64,000 bases of DNA from Microthyrium microscopicum. Its lineage: Eukaryota. The stretch covers positions 634,316 through 698,315 of the forward strand of contig MU004240.1 in assembly GCA_010405405.1 (NCBI GenBank). The letters are read 5' to 3'. Position 1 is the first letter of the stretch. The number at the start of each line of letters is the position of its first letter. A model generated the notes under the pieces. It had not been told where the DNA came from. It saw only the letters and a program-made list of their open reading frames with translations, and made no database searches. The position numbers and the translations under genes are program-made. Of the stretch, positions 1-14,500 are shown piece by piece.

Positions 1-1590
<1,590 letters not shown>

Positions 1591-1774
1591 ACTGCCACGG
1601 GGACTGGAGCAATGGACTGGGGGTATAAATAGGAGGCATGCAAGATATCCAACCGTGTGGGAGTTTTGCAAGATTCGTAATATTGTTACTGTGTATGATA
1701 CCTCGCTTTAGCGGTCTTTTGGACGGAAGTAATGATTAACTTGTTCCAATTATGCTACATGGTCTACCTGCTAA

Positions 1775-3446
1775 TTAACCTGGTGACCGACCGTCTGTGC
1801 CTCGACGGGGGCTATTTGTCGCTGATCCTCCAGGTTTCTTGATCAGGCTGGCGAAAAAGCTGGAGAGCTGCTCGTTTCGTGCCTTTTCATCTTCGACTTC
1901 GCCCGGTGGTGTCTTAGGCGGCTCTGAATCACCCTTGGCCGCGTTACGGTTCTATGAATATCAGGTTAGAAATGAGCTGGAATTTTGGGAGAAATTTCTT
2001 ACATTGAGCTGCTTCAGCGCCTGTTCAACATCCATTTGAATACCGCCAACGTTGAACTGCACATTGCCAATATGCTCTTGCACATCGCCACCAGTTTGAC
2101 CTCCCGCTGCAGCAGATGGCTTCTTTGTCGTTTCCCGGATATGCAAGTTCGCGTCTTCCTTCGCAAGACTCTCAAGCTTCTCAGATTGTTCACTAAGGAA
2201 AGCTTGGACATCTTTGCTGGCCACATCAATACCGGTTTCGTCTTCCGACTGCTGCACGCCAACTAGATCACCTCGTCGGGGATTCTTAATAACCTCTTCG
2301 TACATAGCAACAGCGTCTGTTGCAGACTGTGTCTTTTCGGGGGGAGTGTCCATTTCATTCTCCGTCAAGCCAGTGCTGATATCGTCTGTCCACGCCAAAC
2401 TGACATCCTCTACATAAAAGCTTTCTGTCAGAATGCGTATCTTACCCCAACTATCAAAATTAGGTGGCACAAGTATATGGTCACGATCCGTCGTATTATG
2501 TTTCAGCGGCGTCTTCTTTTGCAACATGCTCTGAATGCCTAGACTGCTGTGGATGAGGGTTTGAAGTGTGCTTCCACTCGTCGTGCCAGGCAAATGGGGC
2601 ATTGCGTAAATCAGCGAGCCACCGTGCTTTAGCAGGATGGTACGCAGGAATTGTTGGACAAAATCAAATTGGGTGTCCCGCCAGCCTTGTTCTTTCTCGA
2701 GAACCTCAATCTTGTTGCTGTTTTGGCATACGACGCATAGCGGGACACCGAGGGGTGAGTCCCATTCTCCTGGACCGAGTGGAAGTGCGACATCTGCGTC
2801 TAGGGAGGCTGCGCCGTCTGCAGTAGTTTCGGTGTCTTTTGAGTCATTGCGCTTGTTGTCACGCCATTCGATGATGTTGTCTTCAAATGCTTGAACTGTG
2901 TCTTTCGGCAGCGATGGGAGAAGGGAATGTAGAAGCCTTATCCAGGACCTGAGTTGCCTTAGCCAGGTCCATGGGTCTGACCAGTCCAATAATATAACGA
3001 GAAGCATGTTTGGGATTGTCTGCGGTGTAAACAAAGGGCGGAGGAGCGGGATGAAATGCGGTGAAGGCTTGGAAAGGGTATATATCGAGAGGCGCGCGAG
3101 CATATCTTCGTGATCGGTATCCAGTACATCTTGATAGGTATATCCGAGAGCGAAATCATTGGCAATGGGGGGTTTTTGCGACGTTTGATTTCGAGATGCG
3201 GGTGTTGGGGTTGCGTCGGTTTCTAGACTTGCGACGAATTCTCTTTGAGACTCTGGAGATCCGCCTTAAGGTGCCTGTTAGATTTCGCGCTTCTCAGTGT
3301 CAAGTGCTCATACCTAGGACGACTAATTGTTTTTCAGCTAACTTCTTTCCGCTGGATACAGACTTCAGGAGAGAGGACCATATCTCCTTCTTCGGCGCAT
3401 TCGACATTGGGGAAGCTGTGGTGGACGGATTGAACTCTTCCTTCAT
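1775..3446 (-). CDS. Cytoplasmic dynein light intermediate chain (spliced; introns ~3266-3313 and ~1952-2001)
   Basis: N-term KEIWSSLLKSVSSGKKLAEKQLVVLG. Core LLVILLDWSDPW, LGVPLCVVCQNS, FVQQFLRTILLKHGGSLIY, DRDHILVPPNFDSWGKIRIL. C-term NEQLSSFFASL. Confidence 0.9.
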
Positions 3447-3913
3447 CTGATGGTAGATTCAAAGCCCGGAGTTGTTCATGTCGTATAAGCTAAGCGAGGG
3501 AAGATTTTGTTATGGCGATATCAAAATACTGGATTGATGAAGTTGAATATCGCGTCTATTCACGCGTGGAATTGTTTCTTAGCGCGTCATGAGGCCGCCC
3601 CTTCCATTCTGACTAGTTTCACGTGATCCAAACTTTTTGATGCCTGTTGAAGCTCTTAGCTCGAGTTGTTTTCATTTCTCTACATCAACTCATGGCAATT
3701 GAACCTCGAAGCCCGACCAAAATACCATCAATCAATTAGAAAGAGCAAGGAATGAACCAACAGTGCAACTTTAGCCGTGAAGAAGCTTGACCGTCAAATT
3801 CTCTAGAAGGGCTTTAGGACCGCTGTTCCGCAAATAGAGGCGCGCAAATTACCTACCTTTCTGGGCCCACTGGAACTACGAGGAGATATTCTCTTAAAAT
3901 CACACACGCCAAA

Positions 3914-4750
3914 ATGAATTCCATAAGAAGAACGCAGCAACTTAATGCGCGGGAATTAGAGGACTGCACACCACCAGGAGGATCGTGGCATCGAGACTAT
4001 GCAGATACAGCATTCATTTACATTGGCGGCCTCGACTCTGCATTATCCGAAGGAGATATCATCACAATTTTCTCTCAGTATGGCGAGCCAGTCTACCTCA
4101 ATCTTGTTCGCGACAAGGAGACTGGCAAGAGCAAGGGTTTTGCCTTTCTCAAGTACGAAGATCAAAGAAGCTGCGATTTAGCAGTCGACAATCTTGGTGG
4201 TGCTAGCGTCCAGGGTCGATTACTGAATGTCGATCACACCAGATACAAGAGACGAGACGATGAAGACTTGGCGGATAACACGCACGGCTTTGGCAACGAT
4301 AAAGCTGCGGGGAAATCAAATTCCCGCCGACAAGACAGGTACGAAAACGACAGCACAGACGCGGAAGGGTCCGATCGTGCGCGTAGAAGAAGACGAAAGC
4401 TCATCAAGGATGGCGGGCAAGATCTGGCTGAAAAGGAAGACGAGGATCCTATGAAAGCGTACATTGCCAAACAACGGAAGGAAGAAGACACTGGGGAGGC
4501 TCGGCGGAAACATCGTCGCAAACGATCTTGGTCGCGAGACCACCATTCACGAGGGGAGAAACATCGCAGTAGACGGGACAAAAAAGATCGCCATCGATCC
4601 TTGTCTCGATCTCAATCTCGGCGGCGGGAATCAAAATCGCCCCGTCGTACTGGAAAGACTAGGGAACCAAAAAGGCAACATGACCGTTCTCGAAGCAGAA
4701 CTCCAGTATTACAAGATCGCGAAGGATCCCGCACTCCCGTCTATACTTAG
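3914..4750 (+). CDS. IST3: U2 snRNP/RES complex RRM protein Ist3/Snu17 (RBMX2) with RS-rich tail
   Basis: SWHRDYADTAFIYIGGL...LVRDKETGKSKGFAFLKYEDQRSCDLAVDNL...VDH, the characteristic RBMX2 RRM. Confidence 0.93.
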   Translation: MNSIRRTQQLNARELEDCTPPGGSWHRDYADTAFIYIGGLDSALSEGDIITIFSQYGEPVYLNLVRDKETGKSKGFAFLKYEDQRSCDLAVDNLGGASVQGRLLNVDHTRYKRRDDEDLADNTHGFGNDKAAGKSNSRRQDRYENDSTDAEGSDRARRRRRKLIKDGGQDLAEKEDEDPMKAYIAKQRKEEDTGEARRKHRRKRSWSRDHHSRGEKHRSRRDKKDRHRSLSRSQSRRRESKSPRRTGKTREPKRQHDRSRSRTPVLQDREGSRTPVYT

Positions 4751-5610
4751 ACGTTAATACAGTATTTGCGCACTTTGCAAGTTTAACCGCCAGTGTTTTA
4801 TGAGAACTCTCAACAGCTGCGAGACTAATGCTTTAGGCCTTAACATGTGGTACAAACGGCGTTATGATCCAGGTTTTGCCAACCAAAACCCTTCTCAATT
4901 GCCTGCGCTCAATATATTTCGTACAGGATGTCAGCTGTCGCTTGCAGTGTTCCCTGTCCTATATTGGTCAAGTAATGCGTTGCATATTTAATCTATTGAT
5001 ATTAATTCTCCCAATCGATAAAACAATTGTTCCTGTTTATTGGTTCAATACCCTCTACTTACTATCCAGGTTCCGTTACATAGTGCCACAAGTAGCAATC
5101 GGGCATTGTCTGGCGCAAAATGCGACCGCGTTGTTCCTCGTCCTTTCGCCGTATTGGTTTGATTGGCACAAGCTCCTTTGATGAGAAAGATATAGTTTGG
5201 TGAGTAGATCATTGTGCACTCCAGAGTCGAAGCGCGGACGCAACCTTAACCTCATCTTACCATTATCCGTGGCAAGAATCTTCCTCTTAATTGTAGTGAA
5301 AGTAAAAGAGACGAGATACGCAAGAGGACTTGGGAACAGTGGGCCTCCGACCTACATAGCCGCCGCGAACTGAAGAGTTTCTCGGGTAATTTACCAAGCT
5401 CTCCACTTCCAACGACATCCAAGTCAGAAGAACCTGACGAGAAGAAATAATTGGACCCGCAGTGCCAAATGAGTTCACCGAACCAAGCAGAGCAATCATA
5501 CAATACGCGATCCTGATCCCATACTTCCTCGATAGAATCACCTTTTCTGAACCCACGCACGCCGCGCTCACCTCCTAATCGTCCTATCCGAATACTTCCC
5601 TCAACTCAAC

Positions 5611-7131
5611 ATGGTGAAACCACAACCGCCACAAGATGTGCTGGATTCGTGGCCGACGCAGAACTTGGTAAACCCCGAATACCATTCACACACAGCGTTC
5701 TTGGGGATAACGTTGGCAATGACAATCCTAACCATGATTGTCATTTCATTAAGAACATATGTGCGGTTCTTCATGCTTCGAGCGCCTGGGTGGGATGACT
5801 ACTTCATATTCATAGCAGCTGTAAGGCTTGCCTCCTTACTTCACTACGAGCTTCGCTAAAGATTACAGATCGCGGACATCGGGTTGTTGATAGTGATCAA
5901 CCTGGGTATTTTAAATTATGGATGGGGTGAGCATAATTCACTCTTGGACATGAGCTTGATCACTAACATGTGGAAGATCGACATCAATGGGATCAGCGAC
6001 CTGAATGGTTCCAGGTATCCGAACTGGTACGTCGAAGCAACAGATAACAAAATACCAATTGCACCTCTAACACTCAGTAGATCCAATACCTGACTCAAAT
6101 ATGCTTCATTATCCTAATGACGTTTTCTAAACTATCGGCTCTGGTCACTTATCTTCGAGCTTCTTCGAGAACCAAATACAACCGTTTTGTCTGGGCTACA
6201 ATGATAATTGTCGCGTTGTGGGGAATATGTATGCGCTCCTCGACAGATCCAAAACTTAAGCTAACTATTTCTTAGCTTTCCTGTTCGCAACGATATTCCA
6301 GTGCACGTAGGTCAATCGACTCTACAGGACGTTGTACTTGCTAACTTATATAGACCGATACATCTATATTGGACCAGCAAAGACGGAAAGGGTTGCACAA
6401 ACGAGGACATCAGGCTCCTTCTGGCGACAGTGGTCAACATCATCACCGATATCATGGTCGTCCTAATGCCCATCCCTATCATCATGAAGCTTCACTTCCC
6501 ACTACGAGAAAAGATCACTCTAGGCATTCTAATGTGTCTCGGCATGGTGTAAGTAATCCAACAGAAACCCTGATTTTCCGCGAAACTAAGAATATCTAGT
6601 GCCACTGTCGCATCCATTGTCCGAACAGTCGTAATGTCCCAATCTCTTAATACCCTGCGCTACGACACAACCTGGAACTCCTTCGTAGTATGGATCTGGC
6701 TATCTCTCGAATGTAACCTCGCCATAATTTGCATCTCCGTTCCTGTCCTCCGTGTTCTTGCCCGCCGCCTCCTCCCACAATACTGGGGTCCCTCCGGCTC
6801 GCGATCAGGAGGATACGCGCATACGTATGGAGCAAAGACCATGCACAGCCACCACATGGCTTCTACCACACACGTTCCACGAGAAGCCAAGCATGCCAGT
6901 TTCACCAGTCTGGAGACTAAAGCACTGAAAGACACCGACGATATAGAAATGTACGGTATACGGAGAACAGACTCGCTAAAGAGCTACAGCTACCCCGATC
7001 CAGGCTATGGACATAGCCAGACGAGCATGAACAGTAGGATACCGGAGGCAGGGGAGTATCACCACCAACACCATTATCGGCCACCGCGGGATGATCACTC
7101 GAGGCATGCTGAAGTGGCTCGTGCGATATGA
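5611..7131 (+). CDS. PTH11-like (fungal rhodopsin-domain) integral membrane protein without CFEM domain; 6 introns
   Basis: LRTYVR...GWDDYFI, GWDRHQWD, SKLS..YLR, IFQCTPI..YW, NIITDIMVVLMPIP, WLSLECNLAIICISVPVL. Canonical introns at ~5821, 5927, 6027, 6229, 6307, 6549 join these in frame. Confidence 0.88.
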
Positions 7132-7350
7132 TCTTTGATACTTGGATTGGAGTCATGTTTTCTTCACTATTATTCCCTGCACAAGGCTTGTGCCTATTAC
7201 ATATATCATGCTTGATGGCTGTGACTCATTTCTGTAACTCTAAGCATGGCTTGGTCGCGATTCGAAGTACATTTTTAGAGCGACTATTGGGACATTAATG
7301 TCTATGGACCTAAAGACAATGAAAGAAAATCACAAATTCCCATTTCGTGC

Positions 7351-9192
7351 CTACTCCATTGCAATTGAACGACGTCTTGGAATGCTAACCAGATTTCTGC
7401 GCTTGTTTCTGGTAACCTCAGGATTCTTCTTCCAAAACTCGCATTTCAGACTATAATCTTCATCTTTAATGGTCTCGATACTCGCGTAAGTGATCAGCAG
7501 GGTCTGATGATTGTCATTATATGACGGCCAATGCGGCTTTTTCTGGGAAATCCATGATTGGTTGTTAGGATTTTGATGGATCATGAAGCTGATGAACCAG
7601 TCTTTCATGTATTCGGCAAGTGTCACATTGTTTCCTGCTGTGGCTGTAGTCTTCATTAGCTTTTGTCATCAGAGACAAGATGAGGACTTACTCTCAAATT
7701 GATCGTTGTAAACAAAGTCACTATCAGAGCCATGTTTCTGTGTTCCAGCGTTAGATATCAGTTTGTATGTTGGTTGGCCTTTCTTGACTCCTGCTTCTAG
7801 AGTCCATCGCGACGGGCAGTCGATGATGAAGTCTCCGAAAATGTCTTGTCGGCGAAAGAAAGTGCTGTTGTAATCTTTGGCGGGATACAGTTGGAAGAGA
7901 CTTGCGAAGAATGATGGGGTAGCTGCTGGGAAAACTTGCTGCAGATCTGCTACCAGTTCTGACTCCGTGGTGATGGATTGGTTTGAGAAATAGAATCCTT
8001 CATACTCAGATCTTGTGGACAGGAGTGGAACCTATGTGAAGTATGTTTAGCTTGATCTTATGAAAGTGGGAATGGGCATACCGATTGGATGTTGCCTTTT
8101 GCGAACTCTCGGCTTGGAAGGTCAAGGATTGTACCACCTTTAGTATCAACGATAGGACCGAAGTAAAAGTCTCCGTAGCCATATGCCTTCTTCTGGTACC
8201 CAGTGGCGTACATGTTCCAGGTTGCGTTGCTCAACTCGGCTTCCGTCAGATTTCGAAGGCACGCGATCGAAGAGCATTTTGTCAAGTTCAGCAAATCGTG
8301 ATATTGGATCTCCTGGATTTTCTTATCATGAAAAGGCTGCCACCACGGGAGCTCTGTTCTAATCAGCACGCCATAGATCTCAATATTTTGATATATGACA
8401 ACATACCTGGCATAGCAGCTTTGAATGGTGCCGGCTCTTTACCGCCAAACAGCATCAACTGTGCTGTGACACTACCGCCGCCTGCGCTGCCACCTTCAAT
8501 AGTAATTCTTTCACTATCACCACCAAAAGCTTGAATATGCCTCTTCACCCATTCAATGGCCAAGCGCTGATCAAGCAATCCAGCATTGAACACACCGTTC
8601 TTCGCGACATCATCACCACCAAGGAAGCCGTAAGCGCCCAGCCTATACTGAATTGATACCCAGATCAACGAGTCCGGTGCATGGCGATGCAGTGCAATTC
8701 CAGCATCCCAATCACTCCATCCCTGTGTAAACCCTCCCCCGTGGATGCGCACCACGACTGGTAGTGTCTTGTTTGATTTCAGTACGGATCTGGGAGCGAC
8801 AACGTCCAGGTACAAGCAATCTTCTGAACCTTCTGGAGTGTAATTGTTCCACGTAGGAGCGCCTTGTACGCACTTGGGGGCCACATTCCAAGCACCTACA
8901 TAGAAATGAGGAACAGGGCCTGGTTGTTGTTCAATTGGTATGGGGGCGCGCCAGCGATTGTTTCCAATTGGTGGTGCGGCATACGGGAGGCTATGCCAGA
9001 TCGAAACACTGCGACAATCAGTCAAGAGCTCAAGCTTGCTTAGGACGGAGATACTCGCTTGGGTGAATCCAGGGTTGTGCCTTCATATGTGGCCCAAGGA
9101 AGTTCTGCAAGTGGGCCTTTACCGTTGATAGTCGGCGCGGCGTGAGCGATGCTCAGAAGCCATGCCGCAAACAATAATCCCAGGAAAGCCAT
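7351..9192 (-). CDS. Secreted type-B carboxylesterase/lipase (multi-exon; first intron GC-AG 9009-9058)
   Basis: Signal peptide MAFLGLLFAAWLLSIAHA. Motifs PYAAPPIG, SEDCLYLDV, IHGGG, QYRLGAYGFL, nucleophile GGSAGG; later YEGFYF and KHGSD as likely acid and His. Confidence 0.9.
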
Positions 9193-10573
9193 CATCACTC
9201 AGAATTCACCTTCTGGCAGGGTTCGGTCTCGAGCAATCTTGAGATGGAGAATAATATCAGCTTCTATACTTTGGCTATACTATCCCCGGAATTTATACCT
9301 TTCGGAATCCCTTCAATATACAACGGTAACGTCCTCAACCACAACTTTACTGTAAAAGCGAGAATCTATTCATGTCTAATTGGTTCAAATAATCGGGAAA
9401 GAGTTGTACCATCGAAATACAACGCAAAGCAAACATTCCTCCTCCACAGGTCTATGCGTGTACCATCTGTCGTACCGGCTGCCTGCCGGCGGTAATGAGC
9501 TTCATGACCAGTCGGATTTAAGCCGTAAAATTTGGAGTTTGCTTTCGTTCCACGAGCAAGGAAATTACGAAAAGAAAAATAGAATACCTACAGCTTGTAC
9601 AAAAGCACTATCCCTACATACTCGGGTTATATTGCATATGTTTATGAGTATAGGCAACGTGCGCAATGGCGCAATATGGAGCTAATCAGGAGAAATTACT
9701 TCCTGTATCAGTGTCAACAGTCCAGCACAGGGACTCATTCTTCGACTAAAGCCAAAAGTTGAATCTGAAATAAACTTCCGGCTATGAGGATCAGGTTTGT
9801 TTTGTGTCTGTGAAGCTTCATGTCGCTACAGAGTGGGACGATGTGGCTTTGTTCAAAGGCGATGATTGGTCGAATGCATATTTCCCGAAATGGTACACCT
9901 TTTTATTCACTGGAACCCAAAACCAGTCCGAGTCCTTTGAATTGCACAGCAGTTCTTATGCGATGTGATGAAGCTCTTGATTTACCATTGTAATGCTGTA
10001 GCAATTTTTACTTCGAACAAAATATAGGTCTACATCTAGCTCGTGATACATTCACAACTGTAATAATAAATTGGCAGATGTGAGAGATTGGAGCCCATGG
10101 AGGTGAACATTGAGATATTTTGACTGTCACGATAATAAGCGTCGTGGGGTCGAGGTGCCAACAACTAGAAGATTTGAAGATTTCTCCCCGTGTTCAAGGT
10201 CACTTAATATGAAGTGACGAAAATAGTATTCGGCATAAAACGTTGTAGTATCCTGTGGTTGGTGGTCTGCTCCCTGTACCAACACCATTCCAACACTTCC
10301 AAGGACCAAATATCAAAGTTGCTTTGATTCTGAGTCACCTCATTTTTCGAGCTTTCAAAGCTTTCAACCCACCAACTAGGTACCGAGACTGAAACTCCTG
10401 AACACCCCAGCCTTGTGGCACCTCCATTAGTCTCTCACCCCGGAATCACTCAACATCGACTCCTGGAAAGCATACATGTTAGCGCAGAGATCTCGAAACC
10501 TCCAACCTCTAGTTGCTAACCTCGTAAACAAACAGGCTGCATCTGTCAGGTGGCCCCTTCCCAGCGTTCGAAT

Positions 10574-11080
10574 ATGTCGGTAATTGTCCGTAATCCAGTT
10601 TGTAGACCAGTCCGCAAACCAGTCTTTGAGGACGACTATTCTTATGACGAGAACGGTTTCTGTATTCAAGCTAAGAACAAGTCCTGCTGGCCGCGGGCTA
10701 ATGAAGAAGAGCTCGAGGCTCTTCTGAAGCCTAAAGACCCCAAACAAATCGAAGAAGATCCAGTAACTCACTGGTGGGAGGCGCAGTTGCGCCATTATGG
10801 ACTGCCAGTCGACTCAGAATCAATTAAAGCGCCTGCAAAAACGCGGATCCTGGAAGCGCTTGATGAGAAGACTTTAGCAGTGCCTTATCACATTAGAGGA
10901 ATAGAAGCAAGACTGAAGAAGAGGTGGGAACAATCATTACGGCAGCCTTCATCTTCGCAGGATGCAGAGTCGACTCATCCAGGCGATAGGAAACGTAAAG
11001 CGTCTGTCGATGGCGTCAACAAAGCAGCATCTCGGAAGAAATTGAAGGAACTTGATCAAGCGTCTGGTAAAGGTCCTTGA
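10574..11080 (+). CDS. Uncharacterised protein; short paralog of the downstream gene
   Basis: Open ORF sharing DPVxHWWEAQLxHYGL...AKTRILxAL...LAVPxHI..IE..LKKRW with 11598-12842. Confidence 0.6.
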   Translation: MSVIVRNPVCRPVRKPVFEDDYSYDENGFCIQAKNKSCWPRANEEELEALLKPKDPKQIEEDPVTHWWEAQLRHYGLPVDSESIKAPAKTRILEALDEKTLAVPYHIRGIEARLKKRWEQSLRQPSSSQDAESTHPGDRKRKASVDGVNKAASRKKLKELDQASGKGP

Positions 11081-11597
11081 ATAAGTGCCAGTTGAACACG
11101 AAAGGCCTGCAGTGATATTATGTGCAATCTGAGCAGATATTAACGGCAAACGTTCCTTACTTTGTTGGACTTTCACTATGGAGACGGCCTACTTCAGACG
11201 CAGGTCTTTTGTTGGTTCGGTAAGAACGATAGACTGCACGTTCCATTCGGACAGAAAACGATAGTGCCATTTTGGAGTTTGATAGTTTCGTCAGTGAGAA
11301 GTCATCAAGTGTCTTCAATTTTCGCCAAACTCAAAAGAGATGTGTCGCTCATTTAAATTGCTACCTTATTATCAGCTTGTCTTTGATCTAGGCATGTCTC
11401 TTCATTTTCATCTAGCTGATGAGTAAAGATGAAGCTGAAAGGTCTAACCATGTTTGGTAAGCTACCAAAGCTACCTACCATTGAAGTCCTTCACCTCTCC
11501 CCACAGTCAAAGCTGCTACTTCCTCCTACCTTCCAACGTCATCCATCTGCAGCTCGTCAGTTACTTCTTGAGTCTGTTTCTCCCATCAACGGCAGTC

Positions 11598-12842
11598 ATG
11601 GCTCATGCTCCTCCAGTCGTTGAGGATGGATACTCCTTTGCTGATGACATCCTATATGTTGAAGTGAGCAACAAGAGCCGCCATCGAAGAGCCACAATAC
11701 CTGAACTACGAGCCATCCTTCGGCCATCTGATGCATCTGACCTGGCACTGTCCGACCCGGTGTGGCATTGGTGGGAAGCTCAGCTTCTTCATTACGGATT
11801 AACTCCATCAAAGACTAAAGCTGTTGCGAAGACACGAATTCTGGACGCGCTGAACAAGGGAACTCTGGCAGTGCCTCGACATATCACTATCATCGAATCG
11901 GACCTCAAGAAACGATGGAACAAGAAAGATCGGGAAGCAAAATCTGCGCTGCGAAAGTCGAATACATCGCAGTCCCAGACTAAGACTACCACCACTACGA
12001 CTACCCACCATACCACAACAACCACAACGACATCTTCTGTGCCTGGCAGCAAGCGCAAAGCAACCACATCGGCTGGGCCGTCTTCCTCCGCCTCTTACAA
12101 AAAGGCCAAAGCAAGTCCACAAAAGATGGTTTCAGCCACCACTCCGCCGAAGGGACGAGGCAAACGGACCGCGAATTACACCAACGATTCTTATAATCAA
12201 TGGATCCCAACGGCGGGGACTGCACAATATGCCCGACGAACCTTTCCGCCTGTTTACGACCAGCCAGATGACTACGAAGACGACGAAGAACCAGATGATG
12301 ACGAACCGGACGATCTTCCACCAAGCTACGACACCGTCCTTCAAGAAACCAGCCACTCCAGTCTTCCTGCTTCCCAGCCACGCCTGGGTCTCCTCAACGG
12401 CCGCTACAATATCGAAAGCTCGGATCTGGATCAATGGACCCAATTCAGCGGCTACCAGATGACACTCATTCTCACTCTCGAAGGCCAAGGTCTTTGGGGT
12501 GCGTATGATTTCGGCATGCACAGTGGAATCATTCGCCTACTCGAGCGTCCATATACCGCCTCGGATGACCGCTTTGATTTCACCTGGCGTGGTCGAGAGA
12601 ACAGTGAGGGCCAGATGACATTCGGCGACACTAATCGAGGCTGGATCCAGTTCCTGGGAGACGGGCGAATCGCTGGCATGATCACTTGCTATGGCCAAGC
12701 GCACTTTGAGGGCATTCGGGTCAGCGGAAATCAGACTCGCAGTGAACGTGATGCGCGCAGCATGAAGAGTGAATGGAACGATTACAATGAGGAAGAGTAT
12801 GAGGTGGAGAATCGTGCACGCTGGGGTCGTTCCAGGTGGTGA
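11598..12842 (+). CDS. Uncharacterised fungal protein: HWWEAQL N-domain, Thr-rich/basic/acidic linker, Gly/aromatic beta-rich C-domain
   Basis: Intronless ORF of ~414 aa from ATG 11598 with coding-like composition and a candidate NLS (KRKA...KKAK). Confidence 0.8.
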   Translation: MAHAPPVVEDGYSFADDILYVEVSNKSRHRRATIPELRAILRPSDASDLALSDPVWHWWEAQLLHYGLTPSKTKAVAKTRILDALNKGTLAVPRHITIIESDLKKRWNKKDREAKSALRKSNTSQSQTKTTTTTTTHHTTTTTTTSSVPGSKRKATTSAGPSSSASYKKAKASPQKMVSATTPPKGRGKRTANYTNDSYNQWIPTAGTAQYARRTFPPVYDQPDDYEDDEEPDDDEPDDLPPSYDTVLQETSHSSLPASQPRLGLLNGRYNIESSDLDQWTQFSGYQMTLILTLEGQGLWGAYDFGMHSGIIRLLERPYTASDDRFDFTWRGRENSEGQMTFGDTNRGWIQFLGDGRIAGMITCYGQAHFEGIRVSGNQTRSERDARSMKSEWNDYNEEEYEVENRARWGRSRW

Positions 12843-13787
12843 TGTGATGCGGACTTATATGGCAGCCTAAGATCCCGGATGTGTAAGAATTGTCTGGGCA
12901 GTCACGGTCAAGCCAATGTCTTGGGCTGTCCTGGACTATTGATTGCAGCAAATTCACTTGCAACTAAACCGCAGACAGCTTTGGATGGCAGTTCGTCGCT
13001 TTAAGTCTCAAATCAGTATTGCATCTCTCACTTTTGCAACAGTATCAAGCTCTTTTTGTGTTACACAATACCTTGTTAGTATTACTATTAATACTACTCG
13101 GCGAACTATAAAGGAAACACGTCCTTTATAAGCACTGCTTGATTGTATTATTTAACGTTTACAAAGTTATCAGTTGTGTTTGCAGCAGGATAATAGAGAT
13201 AAAAACGACCAATATGAATTCGTTCAATCAATTTCCAATCTGGAGTGATAAGAAAGCTGCTGGACGAGGTCCTCGAGGATACAGTAACAATGAGAACAAC
13301 AGGCTCGACCGCAAGAAAGCTATATCATAGAGATTGCCAAGGCTTCAATCTCTAAGGCCTTCTCAACAATACAAGGAGATACAACATGACAACTTACCAA
13401 TCATCTCCCAGAGTCAATCAATGCAGAAATGCGGCACGGTGCTTCAGCCTTGTAGGCTGCCAAAGCCAATCAAATTCGAGATATCGCTTTAGAAAAGACT
13501 TTTGATTGGTTGATTGTTTCCTATCCGCCAACAAACCCTTCAGAATCTATCTTGATATCAACCAGCCCCGCTAGATAACGACTGAAGCAAGGAGAAATAA
13601 TTGCATCTTGCACGTGTGTAAAACATGAGTCCGCTCCAACAGCGAATCTGCCTCGCGAATCCTCGCCGCTCAGTCTAGAACCCAACATATCCCCCTCTCT
13701 ACATTGTACCGATACCTCTTCTCTCCACCACAACATGATATCAACACCAAAACCACACCTTCAACTCCCACCCCAAACACAGCAAAA

Positions 13788-14500
13788 ATGATATCCTTCA
13801 CCCTCTACCCTCCACCCACTAAACCTCCTCCTCCTCCTTCTCGACACCGTCCTCTCCTTCATCCCAACCCACCACACCACCCAAAAGCCCCTAACATCAT
13901 CCCGCGAAGTCCCCTGCGAGCCCATCGAAAAATACACCACCCAAATACCCATCCACCCCAAACCAAAACCCCAAACTAAAAACCATCCAGTAGTTCCTAG
14001 CCAACACCCGCCCCCAATACGCCAGCGCCCTGCCAAACACCCTCTTCTACACCCGCAACATGTCCACCCGCGCAATATCCTAAGCCCACAAACACAAACT
14101 CACCACCATCTGGGTACCCATTTCCCCCATTTCCCCCCTATTTCCCCATTCCTTCACATAAACCGTAACTAACAACCCCAGTCCCCATAGCCATGCCCCC
14201 TCTACATCCACCACCCTCATCCCACCAACCCCATGCGCTGCATCCATGCCACCTCCTCCTCCCGCACCGCCATGTCCCTAGCGTTCGCGCAAAAAGCGAT
14301 TAGGGAAGCAATAGTGATGCATAGTGCGGAAGATTATGCTGCTCCGCCGGAGGATGGGATATGGGCGAGGATAGAGATGCCGGCGCTGCGGAAGGGGGGG
14401 AAGGTGGATGTGGTGCGGAAGGTTGATGAGGGGGGGTGAGAGGGAGGGTGTGGTGTGGAAGGGGAGGGTGGGAGGAGGGCTGGATGATGGTGGTGGTATC
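13788..14500 (+). pseudogene. Disabled small (probably secreted) protein gene
   Basis: One frame reads LKTIQ*FLANTRPQYASALPNTLFYTRNMSTRAIS*AHKHKLTTIW, then intron 14114-14181, then SP*PCPLY...NPMRCI...MSLAFA...PPEDGIWARIEMPAL. Stops at 13991, 14081, 14188; the hydrophobic leader is in another frame. Confidence 0.55.

Noticed and set aside
11454..11597. Upstream extension of the 462-aa ORF
   Set aside because: Non-ATG start. Homology with the paralog begins just after ATG 11598.
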